Positions 46,035-55,443 of a DNA stretch of 64,000 nt are shown here, piece after piece (position 1 is the first letter of the stretch; each line of letters begins with the position of its first letter). A program made the translations under genes and the position numbers. The notes under the pieces are model-generated. The model had not been told where the DNA came from, did not search any database, and saw only the letters and a list, made by a program, of their open reading frames with translations. Location: positions 64,001-128,000 of the IMG/VR virus record IMGVR_UViG_3300043392_000054. One strand, 5' to 3'. The DNA comes from a virus.

Positions 46035-47516
46035 AAATGTGGACATAGAGAACAATATCCTAAAGGAACCACTTTAGTTTATTCAAACTTCACACCTCGC
46101 AGTAACAAGTATGCTCCGAAAGGATGTGAACAGGTAGTTTCATTTGGACAGCAAATGGTTGTACAACAAATTCACGAAGCATTTCAAAATGAATTCTTTA
46201 GTAAACCAAAAGATGAAGTTTGTGGTGAAATGAAACGCGAGTTATCATTGTACTTAGGTACTGATTATGATGTATCACATTTTGAAGCTCTACACGACCT
46301 AGGTTACTTACCTATCAATGTTAAAGCAATTGAAGAGGGAACATTAGTACCAATCAAAGTACCGGTATTAACAATTTACAATACACATCCTGATTTCTAT
46401 TGGGTAACAAATTACTTAGAGACAATTATCTCTAATTTGTTATGGAAGCCAATGACGTCAGCTACAATCGCTCACACATACAGAAAAATATTGACTAAAT
46501 GGCAAGAAAAAACAGATGCTGAACGCGGATGGTTTATTGATTGGCAAGGACATGACTTCTCAATGCGTGGTATGGATTCAGTTGACGCTGTTATTAGCTC
46601 AGGATTAGGTCACTTAACATCATTTAGTGGAACTGATTCATTACCTACATTGTATGGTGCTAGAAAATACTATGGAGAAACTGGATTTGTAGGTGGTAGT
46701 GTTAATGCAACTGAGCATAGTGTAATGTGCGCTGGTGGTTCTGACGATGAGGTAGGTACATTCAGACGTTTAATTGAAACATATCCAACCGGTATTTTAT
46801 CAATTGTATCAGATACATGGGACTTATGGAAAGTTTGCACTGAGCACGTAGCTACTCTTAAAGAAGAGATTTTAGCACGTGATGGTAAATTGGTTATTCG
46901 TCCTGATTCAGGCGACCCTGTAGATATTCTATGTGGAGAACCAATTATATCTCGTGATTATAGAGATGTTGTTGAAAACGCACAATTAGATTTAACACAT
47001 CCGAAATATAAAGGAGTTATCGAATTACTTTGGGATGTATTTGGTGGAACAATCAACGAACAAGGTTACAAAGTATTAGATTCTCATATTGGAGCCATTT
47101 ATGGTGACTCAATTACAATCGACAGGGCCGATGAAATTTGTAAGCGATTAGAAGCAAAAGGTTTCGCATCTACAAACGTTGTATTAGGTATTGGTTCATT
47201 CACATATCAATTTAATACTCGTGACACATTTGGTTTCGCAATGAAAGCAACCTATGTTGAGGTAAATAAACCTAAATTTAATGGTGATTTTAATCCTGAA
47301 GGTAGAGAAATCTTCAAAGACCCAATCACAGATGATGGAACTAAAAAATCAGCAACTGGGTTATTATTTGTCGGGAGAAATGATAATCTGGACATTGCTT
47401 TATATGATAGAGTAGATTGGTTATCTGAAAGTATGGGATTACTTCAACCCATTTACAAAGATGGTGAATTCTATAACGAAACAACATTAACTCAAATTCG
47501 TGAACGCTTAAAGTAA
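45990..47516 (+). CDS. nadV: nicotinamide phosphoribosyltransferase-like protein (candidate Namat)
   Basis: LTDGYK.GH..QYP, YSNFTPR, HDFSMRG, H.TSF.GTD, ATEHSVMC, SIVSDTWD, IRPDSGDP, IYGDSI, RDTFGFAMKAT, KKSA.G. Confidence 0.95.
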   Translation: MSTISMNPLFLTDGYKCGHREQYPKGTTLVYSNFTPRSNKYAPKGCEQVVSFGQQMVVQQIHEAFQNEFFSKPKDEVCGEMKRELSLYLGTDYDVSHFEALHDLGYLPINVKAIEEGTLVPIKVPVLTIYNTHPDFYWVTNYLETIISNLLWKPMTSATIAHTYRKILTKWQEKTDAERGWFIDWQGHDFSMRGMDSVDAVISSGLGHLTSFSGTDSLPTLYGARKYYGETGFVGGSVNATEHSVMCAGGSDDEVGTFRRLIETYPTGILSIVSDTWDLWKVCTEHVATLKEEILARDGKLVIRPDSGDPVDILCGEPIISRDYRDVVENAQLDLTHPKYKGVIELLWDVFGGTINEQGYKVLDSHIGAIYGDSITIDRADEICKRLEAKGFASTNVVLGIGSFTYQFNTRDTFGFAMKATYVEVNKPKFNGDFNPEGREIFKDPITDDGTKKSATGLLFVGRNDNLDIALYDRVDWLSESMGLLQPIYKDGEFYNETTLTQIRERLK

Positions 47517-47522
47517 GCATAA

Positions 47523-48161
47523 ATGAAAGTAATATTCCTAGATATAGACGGGGTGATGAATTCCAGGGTCTTTTATGAACAGAGACATCGCCAGAGATGG
47601 AGAAAACCAATCACTTGGTGGTGGGATTTAAAGAGCCTATTTAGAAAAATATTTGGAATCAAATCCAACGGAGTTTCTATGGCAGATTATAAAACGCCTA
47701 GAGACTTTTACACCTTTGATTATCAATTTGAAAGATTGGCAGAGGAAACTTGCCCTCAAAAGTGGAGATGGTTAAGTAGATGGTGTAATGAAACCGGCAC
47801 AAAGATTTGTATCTCATCGGTTTGGAAAAATCATTTTGCTGAGAACGTTTACGTATCAGCTCCTGAACGATGGGAAAAGGCCCTGGTAAGACTTGGCTTC
47901 AAGTCCGGAACCTATGTAGGAATTACAGGTGAGAGAAGAACCTTAAGAGGTGAAGAGATTCAAGAGTGGTTGGATGTGCATCCTGAAGTCGAAGACTATG
48001 CAATCCTAGATGATGATTCAGATATGCTGACAGAACAATTTGCAAAGTTTTATCATTCAGACCCTTGGTTCGGCCTAACGCCGAACCACTTATATAGAAT
48101 TGAAAGACAATTTAGCAAACTAAACAATTACGAACATCTTAATATAACCAGAAAAAAATGA
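47523..48161 (+). CDS. HAD-family phosphatase (RNA-repair 'Swiss army knife' type)
   Basis: FLDIDGVMN, ISSVWK, RGEEIQEWL, YAILDDDSD. Confidence 0.85.
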   Translation: MKVIFLDIDGVMNSRVFYEQRHRQRWRKPITWWWDLKSLFRKIFGIKSNGVSMADYKTPRDFYTFDYQFERLAEETCPQKWRWLSRWCNETGTKICISSVWKNHFAENVYVSAPERWEKALVRLGFKSGTYVGITGERRTLRGEEIQEWLDVHPEVEDYAILDDDSDMLTEQFAKFYHSDPWFGLTPNHLYRIERQFSKLNNYEHLNITRKK

Positions 48162-48754
48162 AAGTAATATTTTTAGACCACGATGGTGTGATTTGCCTCT
48201 CTAGCGAATGGGGCACTCGTCACAAGAAGCAGGAGGCCGCACGTAGAAAATTGAGTCAATCAGTCATGGCATTACCAGTTCTGGCTAGATACGATGACTT
48301 TAATAAGGAGGCGATTCAGGTCCTGAACGAGATTCTGGAAGAGACCGGAGCTGAGATCGTAGTTAGCTCAGATTGGAAGCGATGGGCGGATGTCGAGGAG
48401 ATGGGAGAATACTACTTATCACAGGGCATTATTAAGAAGCCGATTGACTTTACACCTTACTGTTCAGATTTACAGCGAGAGGGTAGAATTCCAGACTATG
48501 ATAATTTCAAGTGGAATCGAAGTGAAGATTTAGAACAAGAGAGACACTTTGAAATCTTAGACTGGTTAAGCCGACATCCGGAGGTGACTCATTGGGTTGC
48601 GGTCGATGACTTACACATGGGCATTCATGTTGAGAATAGCAGTTACGGACCGTTTGACAGGGACTGGGGTCTTCAAAACTTTGTCTGGACACCTCAAAAT
48701 AATGAAGGCATCAAACAACCCGGAGTAAAAGAAAAAATATTGAATTTTTTATAA
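48158..48754 (+). CDS. HAD-family phosphatase paralog
   Basis: FLDHDGVIC, VVSSDWK, EI..WL, WVAVDDL. Confidence 0.85.
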   Translation: MKVIFLDHDGVICLSSEWGTRHKKQEAARRKLSQSVMALPVLARYDDFNKEAIQVLNEILEETGAEIVVSSDWKRWADVEEMGEYYLSQGIIKKPIDFTPYCSDLQREGRIPDYDNFKWNRSEDLEQERHFEILDWLSRHPEVTHWVAVDDLHMGIHVENSSYGPFDRDWGLQNFVWTPQNNEGIKQPGVKEKILNFL

Positions 48755-48761
48755 AATAATT

Positions 48762-48810
48762 AGCCCGAATATTTTTTTATTTGGGCTTTTTTAGTTATAT
48801 TTACAGTATA
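48762..48810 (+). promoter_or_regulatory. class I promoter in a terminator-like hairpin
   Basis: AGCCCGAATA / TATTTGGGCT stem, T-tract, TATATTTACAGTAT. Confidence 0.75.
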
Positions 48811-48825
48811 CTAATAAACAAAGTT

Positions 48826-49083
48826 ATGGAATTTTATCTTGGATTCGAACAAACACCAAAACGTAAATACGTTAAACGCGAAAAGTTAATTAAAGGTTCA
48901 CCTAAATACAAATTAATCAAAGAATATCCCGGTTCTAAACCATTGGGTACAATATTTGTACATGTTGAAGGTCATTTATGTTATGGAACGGAATATACAC
49001 CCGGTTTATATGAATACAATACAATGTGGGAACCTGAGTATTTTGCAAATTGGGTAGGTGAATATTATAAAATAATTAAATAA
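48826..49083 (+). CDS. hypothetical protein
   Basis: ATG 48826; the track start 48781 lies inside the promoter. Confidence 0.75.
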   Translation: MEFYLGFEQTPKRKYVKREKLIKGSPKYKLIKEYPGSKPLGTIFVHVEGHLCYGTEYTPGLYEYNTMWEPEYFANWVGEYYKIIK

Positions 49084-49090
49084 TAAAGTC

Positions 49091-49264
49091 ATGATAGAAT
49101 ACTTTGAATACTACCAATTACATTTAACAGACGGAAAAATTATTACAGGTCTAACTGAAGAGGAAGCCAAAATTCGTAGAGAATCTGGTTTATCTCCTGA
49201 AGAATTTCTAGTAGGACCTTATACTGGAATGAGAAATAAAGAAGATGAAAAAGAACAAGCCTAA
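49091..49264 (+). CDS. small hypothetical protein (57 aa), not in the ORF track
   Basis: MIEYFEYYQLHLTDGKIITGLTEEEAKIRRESG... Confidence 0.55.
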   Translation: MIEYFEYYQLHLTDGKIITGLTEEEAKIRRESGLSPEEFLVGPYTGMRNKEDEKEQA

Positions 49265-49391
49265 TCCAAAATTAAATGGCCTTACTGACCGACACGTTGC
49301 GCAAATCATTAGACGTAAGATGATTCAAAAAGACCACGGCGATAAGAACAAGTATAATAGAAAAGACAAATCATGGAAAAAACAGCAATGA
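49245..49391 (+). CDS. small basic protein (48 aa), not in the ORF track
   Basis: MKKNKPNPKLNGLTDRHVAQIIRRKMIQKDHGDKNKYNRKDKSWKKQQ. Confidence 0.55.
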   Translation: MKKNKPNPKLNGLTDRHVAQIIRRKMIQKDHGDKNKYNRKDKSWKKQQ

Positions 49392-49612
49392 TGCAAATGT
49401 TGGAGTGGGTAAGAAAAACCTTTCCAATGGACTTAGATACACCAAGAATGATTGAAGAAAAAATTGAATCATTATTAAAGGTGGAGAAAGAGCAGATAAT
49501 GAATGCTTGGGATAAAGGAGATTGCTGTATCGACTTACCTAATGGAGATTGGGAGCAAAAATATAAATCTGCAGAAGAATATTACAACAAAATTTACGGC
49601 AATGATAAATAA
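49373..49612 (+). CDS. hypothetical protein
   Basis: EKEQI..AW..G...AEEYYN. Confidence 0.75.
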   Translation: MEKTAMMQMLEWVRKTFPMDLDTPRMIEEKIESLLKVEKEQIMNAWDKGDCCIDLPNGDWEQKYKSAEEYYNKIYGNDK

Positions 49613-50201
49613 TCTAGAGCTTATTAAGCCCCTTTTAAACTTCGATAATGAAGGTGACTTCTATATGCTGTATATCTTTAAGCGTAAGAAAGACCAACCC
49701 GAAGGAGAACGCGACAATCACCAGTCAGTAAGAACTATTAAGACTTACTGTATTGATAGCGTTGAATACTTAGAGAAGAGATATGATGAGATTCAGCAAC
49801 TCTGTGAAATGTTTAAGGCCAGAGCATACATCCATATTCAGAAACAGAATCACAAGGATGTCGCGATGAATATGATTACCGAGATTGTTAATCGTATTCA
49901 ATCAGGTCAAATTAATCAAAAACACGTATTTGATTCCGTAGTTGGTCAAATTAAAACTCAAGAGAAGAGATGGATTGCGGATATTGATACTAAAGAAAAT
50001 GGAATTGAAAATCTAATCAGTAATGAAATCTATCAATTAAGACCTGTTGGTCCAAAGGTAGAAGCTATTATTCCAACTAAGAGTGGTTTTCATCTAATCA
50101 CTAAAAGATTTGATGTACAGGAGTTTAAGAAGCAATACCCCGACATTGACATACAAAAGAAGAACCCAACGGTTTTGTATATTCCACAATCGTTGATGTA
50201 A
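49602..50201 (+). CDS. hypothetical protein with AEP/primase-like motifs
   Basis: Start moved to ATG 49602 (MINNLELIK); WIADID and TKSGFHLI. Confidence 0.65.
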   Translation: MINNLELIKPLLNFDNEGDFYMLYIFKRKKDQPEGERDNHQSVRTIKTYCIDSVEYLEKRYDEIQQLCEMFKARAYIHIQKQNHKDVAMNMITEIVNRIQSGQINQKHVFDSVVGQIKTQEKRWIADIDTKENGIENLISNEIYQLRPVGPKVEAIIPTKSGFHLITKRFDVQEFKKQYPDIDIQKKNPTVLYIPQSLM

Positions 50202-50209
50202 AAAAATAT

Positions 50210-50749
50210 ATGGAAACAAGTATAATTTTTATAGACATTGATGGACCTTTAGCCTGGGCGACTTGGAATGAAGGTCGAGTTACGTTGCGAGAGGATACTC
50301 AATTTGAATTTAGGATACCATACCCATGGGTTAAAGAGGATTGTAAAGCATTACAAGAAATATGTGATGAAACTGATGCATCTTTAGTAATTAGTTCAGA
50401 TTGGAAAAAACATTATAGCATCATTCAATTAAGACATATATTCCGACATTATGGCATTACAGCACCTATTATAGACATAACTACTCATCAAGTTCTATGG
50501 AAAAAACTAAGTAGATGTTCTATTGATTGGGAAAGAGCTGCTGAAATCAAGAAATGGGCAAAAGACAACAAAGTTTCTAATTGGATTGCAATCGATGACC
50601 TAAATTTAGCAAAAGAATTTAAATGGTTAGGGATTCCGCAATGGAGACATATTAGAGTTGACGGTGATTTTGGTCACGGTGGTAGATTAAGAGATAAAGT
50701 TGATGAATGTATTAAAAAACTAAACAAAAAACAAAATGAAAGTAATTAA
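50210..50749 (+). CDS. HAD-family phosphatase paralog
   Basis: FIDIDGPL, VISSDWK, RAAEI..W, WIAIDDL. Confidence 0.85.
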   Translation: METSIIFIDIDGPLAWATWNEGRVTLREDTQFEFRIPYPWVKEDCKALQEICDETDASLVISSDWKKHYSIIQLRHIFRHYGITAPIIDITTHQVLWKKLSRCSIDWERAAEIKKWAKDNKVSNWIAIDDLNLAKEFKWLGIPQWRHIRVDGDFGHGGRLRDKVDECIKKLNKKQNESN

Positions 50750-50999
50750 AATCTTTGCAATTCTTACTGTTGTATTGTTATCTTCATGTGGCGAGAGTAA
50801 ACCAAATGTTAAACGCGTGTATAAGTATAAAGTCGGAGATGTAGTTTCATTGAAACCAGATGGACAACGAGCTACAATAATGGCACGCTACAATGTTAGT
50901 GATTATTATGACTATGTTGTAAAATATTATGTCGCAGACGATGAAAGATACTCCGAAGATTTAATTAAAGAGTTTGAAATTTTTAATAAGGTACAATAA
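50736..50999 (+). CDS. small lipoprotein
   Basis: LLSSC lipobox; YKVGDVV.LK. Confidence 0.75.
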   Translation: MKVIKIFAILTVVLLSSCGESKPNVKRVYKYKVGDVVSLKPDGQRATIMARYNVSDYYDYVVKYYVADDERYSEDLIKEFEIFNKVQ

Positions 51000-51002
51000 G
51001 AT

Positions 51003-51887
51003 ATGAGTTTAATTCCTGATTTTGATGAAGGTAAATATGTTCCGTTTAATAGAACGGATGATATTCATTTTAAACAGGTCTTTGAAGGAATTCCCAAGTC
51101 CATCATGAAATTCAATAAGGATAAATTCTTGATGGATTTAATTGATGACGATGATAGTGACTTGGGTAAAATTGAAGGAGAGGCAAAAGCCCGTGGGGGT
51201 GGATATGCAAAAAATCTAAGGTACTCTATTTACAATCCGAAACAGGCTAAATTTATCATAGAATATTTCACAGAACCGGGTTATACAATATTAGACCCAT
51301 TTTCTGGCCGTGGAACCAGAATGATGACCTCTTTGTATTTAAGTAGAAATTACAGAGGATATGATACTTCATCTGAAACTATTAAACTAAATCAAGACTT
51401 ATTAGAAAAAAAGAAGGGACTTTTAAATTCTAATTTTAAATGTGACTTAATTCATGGAGATGGAACTAAACTTTTGTATGAAGAATTAAATTCAGTCGAT
51501 GCAGTTTTCAGTTGTCCTCCATATTATGAGATTGAGCAATATTCTGGAGAAGAAGGCGATATTAGTATGCTTAAACCAGATGCGTTTGACCAGCAAATAG
51601 AAAGTATGTTTGAAAATCTTTATACGGTTATTAAGACTTCAAACTATGCAGATAAAAAATATCATCCGGTTATATTTACAGTTGGTACAATTAGAAGAGG
51701 CAAAGAAGGCGTGGTAGATATGGATTTTAAATTTCAGCAAGCAGCATATAAAGCTGGCTTTGTTTTATATGATAAATTGTTTACTGAAAATAATACACCG
51801 GGTGCAGGTTTTACATTTAGAAGAAACTACCAATGCGGATTTTTAACTAAATCTCATGAAACTACTCTGGTTTTTATGAAATTTTAA
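51003..51887 (+). CDS. amino-DNA methyltransferase (N6-A/N4-C)
   Basis: ILDPFSGRGT, FSCPPYY. Confidence 0.85.
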   Translation: MSLIPDFDEGKYVPFNRTDDIHFKQVFEGIPKSIMKFNKDKFLMDLIDDDDSDLGKIEGEAKARGGGYAKNLRYSIYNPKQAKFIIEYFTEPGYTILDPFSGRGTRMMTSLYLSRNYRGYDTSSETIKLNQDLLEKKKGLLNSNFKCDLIHGDGTKLLYEELNSVDAVFSCPPYYEIEQYSGEEGDISMLKPDAFDQQIESMFENLYTVIKTSNYADKKYHPVIFTVGTIRRGKEGVVDMDFKFQQAAYKAGFVLYDKLFTENNTPGAGFTFRRNYQCGFLTKSHETTLVFMKF

Positions 51888-51904
51888 TTTATATTTAAGA
51901 ATAA

Positions 51905-51955
51905 TTAGTTAAAAGTTTTTTTATTCTCAAATCTTTTAGTTATATTTACAGTATA
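51905..51955 (+). promoter_or_regulatory. class I promoter
   Basis: TTTTTTTATTCTC...TATATTTACAGTAT. Confidence 0.65.
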
Positions 51956-51982
51956 ATAATAAGAAACAATAATAACAAGAAA

Positions 51983-52249
51983 ATGATAAAAGGAGATAAT
52001 ATGTCAAACGCCCAATCTTGGGAACTTGAGATTGTGTGTAAAAATAAAAAATACCTTGATGCAGTTGTATCGGCAGTATTGAAGCGCGGTCTGATTAGTT
52101 TTGAAGTTGAAATTGTTGAGTTTTTTACTAATCATGATGGGTCAATTGATGGCAGGTATCTTGTTTTGATGTGGAGTAGTTGGTTTAATAATTTATCACC
52201 ATTAGCCGCTGATTTACAAAAAATAGAAGAAGAATTAGATGATTTTTAA
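51983..52249 (+). CDS. hypothetical protein
   Basis: 88-aa ORF behind promoter. Confidence 0.7.
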   Translation: MIKGDNMSNAQSWELEIVCKNKKYLDAVVSAVLKRGLISFEVEIVEFFTNHDGSIDGRYLVLMWSSWFNNLSPLAADLQKIEEELDDF

Positions 52250-52269
52250 AATATCTAAACAACAAAAAA

Positions 52270-52521
52270 ATGACTAAAAATGAAAAAAGAGCTGCACTAC
52301 GTGTGTTTGCCGGATTACTATCAATAAGTGTGTTCGTAGTTGGATTGGTTTGGTTTCCGTATTTAACGATGGGACTAGTCTTAATTTTAAGTTTACTATT
52401 TATGATTCTTAAAGTTTATGTAGACATTGTAAATTCTTTAGATGCAGAAGATGCAGAAGATGCAAAAAAAGAATGGCAGGATCGTAAGCTCCGAGAAATA
52501 AAAAATGACATGTTATCATAA
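52270..52521 (+). CDS. two-TM membrane protein
   Basis: Two hydrophobic segments. Confidence 0.75.
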   Translation: MTKNEKRAALRVFAGLLSISVFVVGLVWFPYLTMGLVLILSLLFMILKVYVDIVNSLDAEDAEDAKKEWQDRKLREIKNDMLS

Positions 52522-52532
52522 CAACAAGACAA

Positions 52533-52772
52533 ATGACATACGAAGAAGCGGAAGAAATATCATTACGAGTAAAGTGGAAAACAGCCACATGTGGAGAAGG
52601 TGAACAATGTTGGTGCAGAAAGATTGTACCAGAAGTACCTATACTCTTTAAAAAAACAGAAACATCTGATGAAGATGAGTTTATAATAGTAGGTCCAGCC
52701 GAAATGCCTAAAGAATTAGCTGAACACTTTGTTAGATTACATAATAATTGGATAGATGGTGATGGCAATTAA
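52533..52772 (+). CDS. hypothetical protein
   Basis: 79-aa ORF with CxxGxxCWC. Confidence 0.75.
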   Translation: MTYEEAEEISLRVKWKTATCGEGEQCWCRKIVPEVPILFKKTETSDEDEFIIVGPAEMPKELAEHFVRLHNNWIDGDGN

Positions 52773-52786
52773 ACAGCAATAAGACA

Positions 52787-53101
52787 ATGACAAAGATTAA
52801 AACGTGGAAATCAATATTCTTCCATCAGATGGATGAATACCCAACTTGGAAGAACATTAAAGACATTCAATTTGAGGATGATGATAGAATCAGAGTCTCA
52901 TACGAAGAACCATATCATTACGAAAATGAGTCATCCAATGGTGGGTGGGTTATTGAAGTGGAAAGAGAAATGGAGGAAACTGATGAGGAGTATGAAAAGA
53001 GAATGAAAAGAATAAAGTCGGATGAGGAATGGCAAAAGAAACGAAATTATGAAACCTATCTTAAGTTGAAAAAACAATTTGAAAATGATTTAACAGATTA
53101 A
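52787..53101 (+). CDS. hypothetical protein
   Basis: 104 aa; ETDEEYEKR. Confidence 0.75.
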   Translation: MTKIKTWKSIFFHQMDEYPTWKNIKDIQFEDDDRIRVSYEEPYHYENESSNGGWVIEVEREMEETDEEYEKRMKRIKSDEEWQKKRNYETYLKLKKQFENDLTD

Positions 53102-53118
53102 CGGTAAACAATAAGACA

Positions 53119-54204
53119 ATGGAAAGAAAATTAGCAAGCATTCAAAAAGTAGCCAGTATTAGACCGATTGAAGGAGCTGATGCCATCGAGGTGGCTCGTA
53201 TCAATAACTGGGATGTTGTAGTTAAAAAAGGAGAGTACAAACCCGGCTATCTATGTGTTTACTGTGAGATTGACTCCTTCTTACCAATCAAAGAGGAGTT
53301 TGAATTCTTACGTAAAAGTTCTTATAAGAAGATGGCAGACCGTGAAGGTTTCCGTTTAAGAACTATTAAATTAAGAGGTCAAATAAGTCAAGGTCTTTTA
53401 TTACCTCTTTCAGTTTTAGAAGGAGAAGATGAGATGAAAATTGGCACATGTACACAGGAGCATGGTATATTGCAACTAGGACCCTATGATGACGCTTTAG
53501 TTATTGAAGAAGGTGTAGATGTGACAGATTTATTAGATATTGTTAAGTATGAAGCTCCAATCCCGGCCGAGTTAAGTGGTAAAGTTAAGGGTAATTTTCC
53601 ATCCTTTTTGAGAAAAACCGATGAGGAGCGGGTCCAAAACTTAAGTAAAGAATATCAAAAATGGGTTGCAGAAGAATTAAATTTTTATGTGACTGAGAAG
53701 TTAGATGGCAGTTCAGCTACTTTTTATTTAAATGATGGTCAGTTTGGAGTTTGCTCTAGAAACTTAGACCTATTAGAGACTGAAGACAACACATTTTGGA
53801 GAGTGGCCAGAGAAATGAAAATTGAGGAGAAGTTAAGAGCCAATGATAACCATAATATGGCTATACAAGGAGAGCTGATTGGTGAAGGTATCCAAGGCAA
53901 TCCTTATAAAATCAAAGGGCAGACAGTTAAGTTCTTTAATGCCTTTGATATTGATAGACAGGAGTATTATGGCTTACCGATATTCCTGGCTCTTTTCAGA
54001 CACCAGTTTCAATTAGACACAGTACCAATCTTGACTAATTTAACAATGAAGTTACCAGAAACTATCGACGAATGCTTAGCCTACGCTGATGCTAAGTCAG
54101 TATTGAATCCCGAGTTTGACCGAGAAGGAGTTGTGTTTAGAACAATGAATCGTAAGATTAGCTTTAAGGCTATCTCAAATAAATTTTTAATGAACGAAAA
54201 ATAA
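53119..54204 (+). CDS. RNA ligase, Rnl2 / DRB0094-like, with N-terminal OB-fold
   Basis: RKLASIQ...IEGAD.IE, L.T.KLRGQISQGL, TDEERVQN, TEKLDGSS, QGELIG.GIQGN, REGVV, FKAISN.FL. Confidence 0.92.
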   Translation: MERKLASIQKVASIRPIEGADAIEVARINNWDVVVKKGEYKPGYLCVYCEIDSFLPIKEEFEFLRKSSYKKMADREGFRLRTIKLRGQISQGLLLPLSVLEGEDEMKIGTCTQEHGILQLGPYDDALVIEEGVDVTDLLDIVKYEAPIPAELSGKVKGNFPSFLRKTDEERVQNLSKEYQKWVAEELNFYVTEKLDGSSATFYLNDGQFGVCSRNLDLLETEDNTFWRVAREMKIEEKLRANDNHNMAIQGELIGEGIQGNPYKIKGQTVKFFNAFDIDRQEYYGLPIFLALFRHQFQLDTVPILTNLTMKLPETIDECLAYADAKSVLNPEFDREGVVFRTMNRKISFKAISNKFLMNEK

Positions 54205-54473
54205 TGAATCTACTATCCCGATTTAAGAGCTCAGAGAATCCTCGCTACAAAATAGTTGAGTGTAAGAAAATAAATCATTTTGGTGAAGTCACTGACCGTA
54301 AATACCTTGTCTTGGAGAGAAAATGGCGTATTATTTATGTTTATTTTCAAATGACAGATAGCTATCATTACCCTGCACTTTTTGACACTTTAAAGCAAGC
54401 AGAAGAATACTTAGCAAAAGTATTGACGCCTGAGCCAAATATAGTTGCAACTGTAATTAAAGAAATTTTATAG
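54204..54473 (+). CDS. hypothetical protein
   Basis: Coupled 89-aa ORF. Confidence 0.7.
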   Translation: MNLLSRFKSSENPRYKIVECKKINHFGEVTDRKYLVLERKWRIIYVYFQMTDSYHYPALFDTLKQAEEYLAKVLTPEPNIVATVIKEIL

Positions 54474-54476
54474 AAA

Positions 54477-55193
54477 ATGAAACTAGGAGAATTTATCAAG
54501 AGCTTTAGCCATAACAATATGATTAGGTTACACTATGAAATGGAAAGTGGAACTAAATGCGTATTAGGAGATTGGGATAATGTGTCAATGGACCATGAGA
54601 TTCTAAAAGGCAAAGGTAAGAATCGACATTATATTAATAACGAGGTCTTAGGATTAGTCGGTATTAATTTCCAAGGTTCATCTACTCATTATCCTGAAGC
54701 AATTAATATTGTTATTGAATATTTAGAAAATCAACCAATCGTCGATGAGGTAGTTGATGGACTTGATATAATGTTTAATGAGATTGAAATTTCGACAAAC
54801 AAACAATTAGAACAGTTAAAGGCTCATCTTGAAAGTCCAGAGGGCAAGGCTTCACTTAGCAAATGGGCTAAGAAGTATGCAAATGAGATGGAAGTTAAAG
54901 ATAGATGGGTTGAAAAGATTAAAAAGTATTATGGTGACAATATTGACCTTTTAATCGAAAAGTTAATGGACAAATATTATTCTAAAGAGTATACTGATAG
55001 AGAACATAAAATGAATGTAGAACCAAGAGAACCTCTCTTATGGCTACTTCGAGATTATGCTGCAACGTATGGTGAAGAGTGCGAGGATGAAAAGTACTTT
55101 AATGATTTTACAGCAGAAGCTTATTATATAGGTTCCTACGTTATTCAGCTCATGATAGGTCAAGGCTCATGCATTAGAATTGATGAAAAATAA
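54477..55193 (+). CDS. hypothetical protein, possibly a two-domain fusion
   Basis: 238-aa ORF. Confidence 0.75.
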   Translation: MKLGEFIKSFSHNNMIRLHYEMESGTKCVLGDWDNVSMDHEILKGKGKNRHYINNEVLGLVGINFQGSSTHYPEAINIVIEYLENQPIVDEVVDGLDIMFNEIEISTNKQLEQLKAHLESPEGKASLSKWAKKYANEMEVKDRWVEKIKKYYGDNIDLLIEKLMDKYYSKEYTDREHKMNVEPREPLLWLLRDYAATYGEECEDEKYFNDFTAEAYYIGSYVIQLMIGQGSCIRIDEK

Positions 55194-55194
55194 T

Positions 55195-55240
55195 TAGCCC
55201 TAAATTTTTTTATGTCGTACTTTTTTTGTAGATTTGTATT
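55195..55240 (+). promoter_or_regulatory. class I promoter
   Basis: AGCCCTAAATTTTTTTATGTC...TAGATTTG at 55229-36. Confidence 0.7.
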
Positions 55241-55260
55241 ATAATTAAAACAAACACATT

Positions 55261-55443
55261 ATGAGCATTTTTTCAAAAAGAATAGAAGATTTAAAATCAC
55301 GAGGATTTAGAGAAACTAAAGTAGGAATGACAAATGATAAATACGCTTTCCTATGGTATCAAATAGATACAGATGAAATATCTGATAGCGAATGGGAGGA
55401 TTACCTCTTGAAATTAACTAACACTCAAACAAAATCAATATGA
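55261..55443 (+). CDS. hypothetical protein
   Basis: 60-aa ORF behind promoter. Confidence 0.65.
   Translation: MSIFSKRIEDLKSRGFRETKVGMTNDKYAFLWYQIDTDEISDSEWEDYLLKLTNTQTKSI

Noticed and set aside
49503-49601. N-terminal extension of the 49503..50201 ORF (likewise the 48781 and 58995 starts)
   Set aside because: The extensions overlap an upstream gene or promoter; downstream ATGs at 49602, 48826 and 59001 fit better.
49382-52779. Extra ACAGCAA occurrences at 49382 and 52773 as further RNA units
   Set aside because: They lack the enclosing 7-bp stem and lie in coding or leader sequence.
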